DNA of 62,804 bases. Origin: Actinomycetota bacterium. GTDB lineage: Bacteria; Actinomycetota; UBA4738; HRBIN12. The DNA lies in NCBI GenBank assembly GCA_036007245.1, contig DASYOY010000118.1:1-62804 (forward strand), in the 5' to 3' direction. Shown here in pieces: positions 35,894 to 42,936 of this stretch. The position numbers and the translations under genes were made by a program. The notes under the pieces were generated by a model. It was given only the letters and a program-made list of their open reading frames with translations. It had not been told where the DNA came from and searched no databases. How positions within the stretch are numbered: the stretch's first letter is position 1; each line of letters starts with the position of its first letter.

Positions 35894-36817
35894 TCACAGC
35901 TTCGCCAGGTCGGCGCACTTCTCGCGGATACCCTCCGCCGCGCCATGCAGCTTGCTCAGCTCGTCTTCGTTGAGGTCGAGCTCGACGATCTCCTCCACCC
36001 CGGCTCTCCCCAGCTTCGCGGGCACACCGACGTAGACGTCCTCGATCCCGTACTCCCCCGTCGTCCACGCGCACACCGGCAGCACCGCCTTGGTGTCGCG
36101 GACGATCGCCTCGACCATCGCGACGACCGACGCGCTCGGCGCGTAGTAGGCGGACCCCGTCTTCAACAGCGCGACGATCTCCGCGCCGCCGTCGCGCGTC
36201 CGCTGGAACAAGCGCTCCAGCGTCGCGTCGTCGACGAGCTCGGGCAGGGGCTTGCCGTTGACGGTCGCGTGGCGCGGCAAGGCGATCATCGCGTCGCCGT
36301 GCGATCCGAGCGTCATCGCCTCGACGCCGGTCGTCGACACGCCGAGCTCCTCGGCGATGAAGAAGCGCAGCCGCGCCGAGTCGAGCACTCCGGCCATCCC
36401 GACGACCCGTTCCTTCGGGAACCCGGACTTCTCCGCGGCGAGGAACGTCATCTCGTCCAGCGGGTTCGACACGATGATGAGGATCGCGTTCGGCGAGCCC
36501 GGCGTGATCCTCGCGACGACGTCGGACATGATCGCCGCGTTCTTGCCGAGCAGGTCCATCCGGCTCATCCCGGGCTGACGCGGGAACCCGGCGGTGATCA
36601 CGACGACGCCACTGCCGACGGTGTCCGCGTAGTCGTTCGTGCCAACGATCGTGGGCTCGTAGCCCTCGACCGGCGCGGCTTCCTTCAGGTCGAGCGCGAG
36701 CCCTTGCGGCTTGCCCTCGATGATGTCGATCAGGACGACCTCGCCCAGGCCCTTCTCGAGCAGGCGCATCGCGGCGGTCTGGCCGACGAATCCGCTGCCC
36801 ACGACGGTGATCTTCAT
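35894..36817 (-). CDS. mdh: malate dehydrogenase (LDH-like type)
   Basis: MKITVVGSGFVGQT, and ITAGFPRQPGMSRMDL, where Arg at the substrate-specificity position indicates MDH rather than LDH. Also VSNPLD and GSHGD. AAGGAG lies 10 nt upstream. Confidence 0.92.
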   Translation of the reverse strand: MKITVVGSGFVGQTAAMRLLEKGLGEVVLIDIIEGKPQGLALDLKEAAPVEGYEPTIVGTNDYADTVGSGVVVITAGFPRQPGMSRMDLLGKNAAIMSDVVARITPGSPNAILIIVSNPLDEMTFLAAEKSGFPKERVVGMAGVLDSARLRFFIAEELGVSTTGVEAMTLGSHGDAMIALPRHATVNGKPLPELVDDATLERLFQRTRDGGAEIVALLKTGSAYYAPSASVVAMVEAIVRDTKAVLPVCAWTTGEYGIEDVYVGVPAKLGRAGVEEIVELDLNEDELSKLHGAAEGIREKCADLAKL

Positions 36818-36853
36818 GGCGGAGCGACTCCTTGCGTTCGGGAACGACCCAGG

Positions 36854-37042
36854 CTACCGAACGCCGCCCAACCGGATGCCCGCGTCGTCGTCCTCGTCAC
36901 GCACGACCCCCACGGGCGTCCGCCGCTTCGGCGGTGGATCGACCTTCACCGGGGATCCGAGCGCGGCCGCAAGCGTGGCCATCCCGAGGAAGAACACTCG
37001 CACAGGTCGGCTCTGCACCATCCGAGCGGTGACCGTCGACAT
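36854..37042 (-). CDS. possible small protein (62 aa) between membrane gene and mdh
   Basis: MSTVTARMVQSRPVRVFFLGMATLAAALGSPVKVDPPPKRRTPVGVVRDEDDDAGIRLGGVR has mostly G/C-ending codons. No recognisable family. Confidence 0.3.
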   Translation of the reverse strand: MSTVTARMVQSRPVRVFFLGMATLAAALGSPVKVDPPPKRRTPVGVVRDEDDDAGIRLGGVR

Positions 37043-37049
37043 GCCGGAG

Positions 37050-37490
37050 TCAACGGCCCAGTCGCTCGGCGAGCGTCGCGGACGGGAGACCTGCAACCAC
37101 GAGGAACGCGAGATACGCCATGAAGTGCCAGTCGTCGGGATCCGCGCCCGAAGACACGACGGTCAGCACAACGATCATCAGGACGAGGAAGACCAGATAG
37201 AAGCCGACCGCGATCAGCTTCTTGCGCTCGGTGCCGGTGCGTTCCATCCATGACGCGAGCGCGCCCTCGATCAGCACCCAACACCCACCGAAGGCCACCC
37301 CGATGATCCCCCACGAGATGATGAGCGCCGCCTGGTGCGCCGGCCGGACATGGTCGGAACCGACCGCGTAGAAGAAGACCGCGATCGCCGCCCAGGCGCC
37401 GAACAGGATCGCCGCGCGCACCCAGATCTGCGACCACGCCGAGGCGAACGGCCCAGGCGACGGCTGCGGTGCGGCCGGCACATCGCTCAT
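37050..37490 (-). CDS. integral membrane protein (146 aa)
   Basis: The real start is ATG 37490 (MSDVPAAPQ..). It has four hydrophobic helices. The track ORF's N-terminal extension overlaps the IDH paralog. Confidence 0.65.
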   Translation of the reverse strand: MSDVPAAPQPSPGPFASAWSQIWVRAAILFGAWAAIAVFFYAVGSDHVRPAHQAALIISWGIIGVAFGGCWVLIEGALASWMERTGTERKKLIAVGFYLVFLVLMIVVLTVVSSGADPDDWHFMAYLAFLVVAGLPSATLAERLGR

Positions 37491-37506
37491 GATCCGAGTG
37501 TAGGCG

Positions 37507-38595
37507 TCACAGACACGCAGCGATGGCGTCCGCGACGCCGAACGTGCCCGCGGCCGGACGGTCGTCGTCGGGTTCACGAAGGTCGAACGTGACCGAGGTT
37601 CCGTCGGCGAGCACCTCGGCGGTCGCGGCCTCGACACGATCGCCCGCCTCGACCTCGCCGATGTGGCGAAGCAACATCGCCGCCGACAGGATCACCCCGA
37701 CCGGATCCGCCCGGTTCGTGCCGGCGAGCCGCGACGCGGTGCCGTGCGTTGCCTCGAACACCGCCAGCTCCCGGCCGTCGGCTCCACCGAAGTGGGCGCC
37801 GGGCGCGACGCCGGTGCCGCCGATCAATCCGGCGCCCAGCTCGGCCACCAGGTCGCCGTACATGTTGGGCATCACGAGCACGTCGAACCGTTCGGGCGCT
37901 TGGATCAGTTGCATGCACAGCGCATCGATGATCCGGTCGTCGAACGCGATATCGGGGAAGTCCCGCGCCACCGAACGCGCCACCTCGAGGAACAAGCCGT
38001 CGGAGAACTTCATGATGTTCGCCTTGTGCGAGGCGGTGACCCGCTTCCGCCCGTGGTCGCGCGCCCACTCGAACGCGAACCGCACGACACGCTCCGACGC
38101 CGGGGCCGAGATCTCCTTCACGGAGATGCCGCTGTCGGGCCGAACCGTCTGCCCGTGCGTCGCGGCGATGAATGAGATCAGGGCCTCGACCTCCGGCGTG
38201 TCGTGCTCGAGTTCGAGCCCGGTGTACATCCCTTCCGTGTTCTCACGGACGACGATCAGATCGACCTCGTCATAGCGAGAGGGAACGCCCGGATACCGCC
38301 GGCACGGCCGCACGTTGGCGAACAGGTCGAGATCTTGCCGGAGTGCGAGGTTGACGCTTCGCAAGCCGCTCTCGGGCGGCGTCTCGACCGGGCCCTTCAA
38401 CGCCACGCGGGACGAACGGATCGCGCGCAGCGTCTCGGCCGGCAGCGGGGTGCCTTCCGACGCGAACGCGCCCGCGCCCATCGGCCGGACGTCCCACTCG
38501 ATCGCGACCCCGGTGGCGTCGAGCACCCGCTGCGCCGCTTCCGTGACCTCCGGACCGACGCCGTCGCCGGTGATCAGGGTCACGCGGGTCGCCAT
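37507..38595 (-). CDS. isocitrate dehydrogenase family paralog with degenerate metal/nucleotide motifs
   Basis: It retains MATRVTLITGDGVGPEV, LRSVNLALR, VRENTEGMYTGLE and SHKANIM. It has NMYGDLVAELGAGLIGG instead of D-x-x-x-D, and HGTASRLAGTNRADP instead of HGSAPDIAGK..ANP. Confidence 0.85.
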   Translation of the reverse strand: MATRVTLITGDGVGPEVTEAAQRVLDATGVAIEWDVRPMGAGAFASEGTPLPAETLRAIRSSRVALKGPVETPPESGLRSVNLALRQDLDLFANVRPCRRYPGVPSRYDEVDLIVVRENTEGMYTGLELEHDTPEVEALISFIAATHGQTVRPDSGISVKEISAPASERVVRFAFEWARDHGRKRVTASHKANIMKFSDGLFLEVARSVARDFPDIAFDDRIIDALCMQLIQAPERFDVLVMPNMYGDLVAELGAGLIGGTGVAPGAHFGGADGRELAVFEATHGTASRLAGTNRADPVGVILSAAMLLRHIGEVEAGDRVEAATAEVLADGTSVTFDLREPDDDRPAAGTFGVADAIAACL

Positions 38596-38603
38596 CGGGG
38601 CGC

Positions 38604-38609
38604 AGCCTA
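38604..38609 (-). promoter_or_regulatory. -10-like TAGGCT, leaderless-type (IDH paralog 2)
   Basis: The minus strand reads TAGGCT-gcgccccg-ATG 38595 (8-nt spacer). Confidence 0.3.
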
Positions 38610-38650
38610 GCGGTCACGACGTCGGTTTGGGTTCGCGCCCAACCACCCTC

Positions 38651-38656
38651 TATCCT
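38651..38656 (+). promoter_or_regulatory. -10-like TATCCT, leaderless-type (citrate synthase)
   Basis: TATCCT-ggctggc-ATG 38664 (7-nt spacer). Confidence 0.3.
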
Positions 38657-38663
38657 GGCTGGC

Positions 38664-39782
38664 ATGAGTGAGAAGGGCCTGCGGGAGATCAACGCCGCCG
38701 ACACGCAGATCTCCGATATCGACGGCGAGGCAGGCCGCCTGTGGTACGTGGGCTACACGATCGAGGATCTGGCCGCCCATGCCTCGTTCGAAGAGACCAT
38801 CTATCTGCTCCACAAGCTCGAGCTGCCGAACCGTCAGCAGCTCCAACAGCTCAATACCTTCTTGGTACGCGAACGAGAGCTCCACCCGTTCCTCGCGCGG
38901 CTGATGCCGACCCTGGCACAGAACGCCTCTCCGATGTCGATGCTTCGAACCGGCCTGTCGGCCTCGAGCGCCTTCGACCCGGACGGTTGGGACGACTCCC
39001 CCGAGGCCGAGTACCGCAAGGCCCTCCGCCTGATCGCGGAGACGCCGACCCTGATCGCGACCTTCGACCGGCTCCGGACCGGCCGCGAGATGATCCCGCC
39101 GAACCCCGAGCTCAGCCACGCTGGCAACCTCCTGTGGATGCTCCACGGCGTCGAGCCCGACCCCGACGACGCGAAGGTGCTCGACACGACGTTCGTGCTC
39201 TACGCCGACCACACGATGAACGCGTCGACGTTCACCGCGCGGGTCATCGCCTCGACGCTGTCGGACATGTTCTCGGCCATCACCGGGGCGGTCGGCGCCC
39301 TGAAGGGCCCGTTGCACGGCGGCGCGAACGAAGAGTCGCAGAAGATGGCCGAAGAGGTCGGCAAGGCCGAGAACGCCGAGGCCTACGTCCGCGAGCGGCT
39401 CGCGAACCACCAGAAGATCATGGGGTTCGGTCACGCGGTCTATCGCACGATGGATCCGCGCGCGCGGATCTTGAAGGAGCTCTGCCGGCAGCTCGGCGAA
39501 CGGGTCGATCAGCCGCAGTGGTACGAGATCTTCAGCGCGCTCGAGGAGACGACGATGGAACAGAAGGGTCTCTACCCGAACGTCGACCTCTACGCCGCCG
39601 GCGTGTACCACATGCTCGGGATCCCGACCGACCTGATGACGCCGCTGTTCGCGCTCGCGCGGATGGCCGGCTGGACGGCGCACGTGCGGGAGCAGTACGC
39701 GGACAACCGGATCATCCGGCCCGGCTCGACGTACGTCGGCCCGCGCGACCGTACGTACGTCTCGATCGACGAACGCGCGTGA
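38664..39782 (+). CDS. citrate synthase (short, ~370-aa type)
   Basis: 372 aa with YADHTMNASTF, GALKGPLHGGANE, GFGHAVYRT.DPRA and NVDLYA..Y..LGIP....TPLFA.AR..GW.AH..EQ. Confidence 0.93.
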   Translation: MSEKGLREINAADTQISDIDGEAGRLWYVGYTIEDLAAHASFEETIYLLHKLELPNRQQLQQLNTFLVRERELHPFLARLMPTLAQNASPMSMLRTGLSASSAFDPDGWDDSPEAEYRKALRLIAETPTLIATFDRLRTGREMIPPNPELSHAGNLLWMLHGVEPDPDDAKVLDTTFVLYADHTMNASTFTARVIASTLSDMFSAITGAVGALKGPLHGGANEESQKMAEEVGKAENAEAYVRERLANHQKIMGFGHAVYRTMDPRARILKELCRQLGERVDQPQWYEIFSALEETTMEQKGLYPNVDLYAAGVYHMLGIPTDLMTPLFALARMAGWTAHVREQYADNRIIRPGSTYVGPRDRTYVSIDERA

Positions 39783-40291
39783 CGCGTCGGCGTCGAACCC
39801 TCTTCATCGCCATCCTCGCGCTGGTCGGCGCCACGCTGTCGCCAACCGTCGCGATGGCGAGCTCCGTGCGCGACAGCAAGGAGTACGGGACGAGGTACGA
39901 CATCCGGTACACGAAGCTCGTGCGTCCGGCTCCCCACACCTTGTTGTGGACGATCAAGACCTGGGGAACGTGGAAGAAGGCGCCGTCCTCACAGAGCCCG
40001 CTCACCCTGCAGCTCGACACGAGCGGAACGACAGCGCCCGACTACACGGTCGCGATCTTCACCGACCCGCACAAGAACGGGCAGTACTGCGAGCTCCGCC
40101 GCCCGACCCAGAAGGTCATCCGCCAGGGGATGCTGCGTCGTCCCGACCGCTCCTCGGCGACGTGTCGCTTCTCGACGAAACGCATCCGCTTCAAGCGGCT
40201 CCATTGGAAGGCCTCGATGTTCATCCGGCTCACGCTCGCGGGACCGGTCATCGACGACGCGCCGGACTCGGGCTGGATCGACGGCGTCTAG
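39779..40291 (+). CDS. secreted hypothetical protein
   Basis: GTG 39779 overlaps the citrate synthase TGA. The product is VTRRRRTLFIAILALVGATLSPTVAMA|SS.., 170 aa, basic and Trp/Lys-rich. The rest of track ORF 38741..40291 was rejected. Confidence 0.6.
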   Translation: MTRRRRTLFIAILALVGATLSPTVAMASSVRDSKEYGTRYDIRYTKLVRPAPHTLLWTIKTWGTWKKAPSSQSPLTLQLDTSGTTAPDYTVAIFTDPHKNGQYCELRRPTQKVIRQGMLRRPDRSSATCRFSTKRIRFKRLHWKASMFIRLTLAGPVIDDAPDSGWIDGV

Positions 40292-40308
40292 CAGCGCGCA
40301 CTTCGTCG

Positions 40309-41229
40309 TCAGCCGACGGGGCGCGGCAGCAGCCCCGCGCGCGTGACCAGATCCCAGGTCACCTCGTCGTGACCCATCGCCATCACGTGGATCCCGGCGA
40401 TACCGGGGATCGCACGGATCTGCTCGATCAACGGTGCAACCAACTCGACGCCGATGCTCGCGGCGTCGTCGCCTGCCGCGTCGAGCGCGGCGATCATGTC
40501 CGCCGGAACCGAGACCCCGGGGAGCTTCTCGTCCATGAACCGCGCCTGCTTCGCGCTCCGCAGCGGGGTCACGCCGATCACGACCTTCGCGCGTTCGAAG
40601 AGTCCCCAGTCGCGCATCCGGTCCGCCCACGCCGCGAGCGCACGGACGTCGTACACGATCTGCGTGATGACGAAGTCCGCGCCCGCGTCCAGCTTCGAGC
40701 CGAGCTTGGCCGGGTCGTACGGATCTGCGAGCGGCACGTCGGCCACACCGATCAGATACCGGGGCGGATCTGCGAGGTCGGCGCCGGCCAGCGACGTGCC
40801 CTCGTCGCGGAGGCGCTTCGCCAGCGCCACCACGTCGTTGACCGTGAGATCCCCCACGACGACGGCGTCGGGATGGTCCCCGACGTGCAGCGGGTCGCCC
40901 GAAAGGCAGAACACGTTGCGCGCGCCCAGCGCCCACGCGCCGAGCAGATCGCTCGTTAACGAGAGCCGGTTCCGGTCACGGACCGTGAGCTGGACCGTCG
41001 GCTCGATCCCGGCCGCCGCGGCGGCGGCGACCCCGGCCAACGGGGACATGTGCGCCGAGGCGGTCGGGTTGTCGGTGAGATTGACGGCGTCGACCGACCC
41101 AACGAGCGCCACCGCGTGCTCGCGGACGGGCGCGAGGGACCCGCCGGCCGGCGGCACGATCTCACCGGTGACGGTGAACGCGTTCCGCGCGAACAGCGCG
41201 GCCAGGTGGCCGCCGATCTCGGTCGTCAT
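40309..41229 (-). CDS. metF: methylenetetrahydrofolate reductase (MetF family)
   Basis: ATG 41229 overlaps the folD TGA (ATGA). The 306 aa include VTGEIVPP, VDAVNLTDNP, VRDRNR, FCLSGDP, ADFVITQ.VYD and GIHVMAMG. Confidence 0.8.
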   Translation of the reverse strand: MTTEIGGHLAALFARNAFTVTGEIVPPAGGSLAPVREHAVALVGSVDAVNLTDNPTASAHMSPLAGVAAAAAAGIEPTVQLTVRDRNRLSLTSDLLGAWALGARNVFCLSGDPLHVGDHPDAVVVGDLTVNDVVALAKRLRDEGTSLAGADLADPPRYLIGVADVPLADPYDPAKLGSKLDAGADFVITQIVYDVRALAAWADRMRDWGLFERAKVVIGVTPLRSAKQARFMDEKLPGVSVPADMIAALDAAGDDAASIGVELVAPLIEQIRAIPGIAGIHVMAMGHDEVTWDLVTRAGLLPRPVG

Positions 41230-42104
41230 CCCTGCGCGAAGGCCTGCGCCTCGGCAGCCTGCACCGTGTTGACCATCAGCATCGCGACGGTCATCGGACC
41301 GACGCCGCCCGGTACGGGGGTGATCGCGCCCGCGACCTCGGCGACCTCGTCGAACTTCACGTCGCCGATCAGCCCGTCCTTGGTCCGGTGCACGCCCACG
41401 TCGAGGACGGTCGCGCCGGGCTTGATCATCTCGGCCGTGATCAGGTGCGGGACGCCCGCAGCGGCGACCACGATGTCGGCCTCGAGCGTGTGCGCCGTCA
41501 GGTCCTTGGTCCGGATGTGTGTGGACGTGACGGTGGCGTTCCCACGGATCGAATCCTGCGTGAGCATGACCGACAGGGGCGCGCCGACCAGCTCGCCGAA
41601 CCCCACGATCGTGACCTCGGCGCCCTCGATCGGGATCTCGGCGCGGAGCAGAAGCTCGACGATCCCATAGGGCGTCGCCGGCAGGAAGCACGGCCCCTGC
41701 CGAAGCATCATCCCGATGTTCCACGGGTGCAGACCGTCGACATCCTTCTCGGGCGCGACCGCGCGCTGGATCTCGAGCTCGTGCAGATGGCTCGGCAACG
41801 GGAGCTGCACGATGATCCCGTGGATCTCGGGGTCACGGTTGAGCCGCCGGATCGTCGCGAGCAACTCGTGCTCGGTGACATAGGACGGCAGGTCGACCTG
41901 CTCGGAGCGGATCCCCACGTCGGCGCACGCCTTGTGCTTCTGACCCACGTAGATGCGAGAGGCCTGGTCGTCGCCCACCAGGACGGCGGCCAGGCCGGGG
42001 GTGATCCCGGTCTCGGCGAGCGCGCGTACCCGCTCGGCCACCTCGCTACGGATCTGGGCCGCGATGGCCTTTCCATCGAGGATGCGGGCGGTCACGGCGA
42101 GCAT
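41226..42104 (-). CDS. folD: bifunctional methylene-THF dehydrogenase / methenyl-THF cyclohydrolase
   Basis: ILDGKAIAAQIR, PGLAAVLVGDD.AS..YV..K.KAC..VGI, GIIVQLPLP, DVDG.HP.N.G, ATP.G and PVPGGVGPMTVAMLM. Starts are ATG 42104, or GTG 42095 if TAGGAT (42103..42108) is its -10 box. Confidence 0.92.
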   Translation of the reverse strand: MLAVTARILDGKAIAAQIRSEVAERVRALAETGITPGLAAVLVGDDQASRIYVGQKHKACADVGIRSEQVDLPSYVTEHELLATIRRLNRDPEIHGIIVQLPLPSHLHELEIQRAVAPEKDVDGLHPWNIGMMLRQGPCFLPATPYGIVELLLRAEIPIEGAEVTIVGFGELVGAPLSVMLTQDSIRGNATVTSTHIRTKDLTAHTLEADIVVAAAGVPHLITAEMIKPGATVLDVGVHRTKDGLIGDVKFDEVAEVAGAITPVPGGVGPMTVAMLMVNTVQAAEAQAFAQG

Positions 42105-42159
42105 CCTACCGGCCGGGGAAGGCCTCCAATGCGATGCGCCGTTGCAGCGCACCGCGGAA

Positions 42160-42184
42160 CCGGGCGCGGTGACTCAGCGCCCGG
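42160..42184 (-). promoter_or_regulatory. hairpin CCGGGCGC-N9-GCGCCCGG with the stop codon of the small upstream ORF in its loop
   Basis: An 8-bp perfect stem read from the sequence. The TGA at 42176..42174 lies in the loop, 55 nt upstream of folD. Confidence 0.3.
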
Positions 42185-42308
42185 AACGGCGGCGGCGCTT
42201 GCGGCGCCGGGTGGAGCTGTGATCACGGTGGCGAGCGGCTGCTCGCCGCCTCGAGGACTCGAGTTGGTTGAACTCCTCGAGCCGGTACCAGGACGACGGG
42301 GGCATCAT
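42174..42308 (-). CDS. possible 44-aa highly basic small protein / upstream ORF of folD-metF
   Basis: GGAGGAGG (42324..42317) lies 8 nt upstream of ATGATG 42308. The product is MMPPSSWYRLEEFNQLESSRRRAAARHRDHSSTRRRKRRRRSGR*. 37 of 44 codons end in G/C. Below the ORF-track cutoff. Confidence 0.35.
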   Translation of the reverse strand: MMPPSSWYRLEEFNQLESSRRRAAARHRDHSSTRRRKRRRRSGR

Positions 42309-42372
42309 CTTGCGCACCTCCTCCGGTCGGGGGTATCATTCATCTCGACGTGAAGATACTCTATCTCGAAGT

Positions 42373-42397
42373 TTGATGTCAAGAGATTTGAGCTCAA
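42373..42397. promoter_or_regulatory. two tandem palindromic operator-like sites (TTGA-N2-TCAA) upstream of marR
   Basis: TTTGATGTCAAGAGA and TTTGAGCTCAAGACA form a 15-bp direct repeat. The cores are TTGATGTCAA (42373..42382) and the perfect palindrome TTGAGCTCAA (42388..42397). They lie in a conspicuously AT-rich stretch 24 nt upstream of the MarR ATG. Confidence 0.45.
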
Positions 42398-42420
42398 GAC
42401 ATAGGGAAGGAGCAGGGACG

Positions 42421-42936
42421 ATGACCCCACCCTCCACTCGGAAGGACTCCATCGACCGGTTCGTCGACTCCTCGCTGGCGCTGTTCCCCGGCGTCGATCC
42501 CGAGACCGAGGCCGCGGTGGACCGGATCCACATGCTGTCCAAGCGCATCAAGCGCTCGACCGAAGGCGTCGTCGCGCGGTTCGGGCTGAACGCCGGCGAG
42601 TTCTACGCCCTGTTGAAGCTCCGCGTCGCGCCGAACCAGCAGATGTCCGCTGGTGACCTGGCCGAATTACTCGACCTGTCGACCGGCGCGATGACGAACC
42701 GGCTCGACGGCCTCGAGGAGCACGGCCTGATCACCCGGGAGCGAGCCGCGGCCGATCGTCGGAGCGTGCTCGTCGCGATGACACCCAAGGGGCAAGAGAC
42801 GCTCGTCAACGCCGTCGAGGCCGCCGGCAAGGAGGAGCACGCGCTCTTCTCGACGTTGAGCGAGGCGCAGCACCGCCAGCTCAACGCGCTGCTGCGGTCG
42901 CTGGTGCTGACCTTCCAAGATCCCGACGACTGCTAG
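42421..42936 (+). CDS. MarR family transcriptional regulator
   Basis: ATG 42421 follows GGGAAGGAG. The 171 aa include the winged-helix core MSAGDLAELLDLSTGAMTNRLDGLEEHGLITRERAAADRRSVLVAMTPKGQE. Confidence 0.85.
   Translation: MTPPSTRKDSIDRFVDSSLALFPGVDPETEAAVDRIHMLSKRIKRSTEGVVARFGLNAGEFYALLKLRVAPNQQMSAGDLAELLDLSTGAMTNRLDGLEEHGLITRERAAADRRSVLVAMTPKGQETLVNAVEAAGKEEHALFSTLSEAQHRQLNALLRSLVLTFQDPDDC

Noticed and set aside
42105-42330. Search for a ZTP (pfl) riboswitch upstream of folD, and also upstream of purN at 45083..45155
   Set aside because: I looked for the conserved 3' CCGCCUGGGCA-type and GGGUCGUGACUGGCG-type elements that I recall, and found neither. Only generic hairpins are present.
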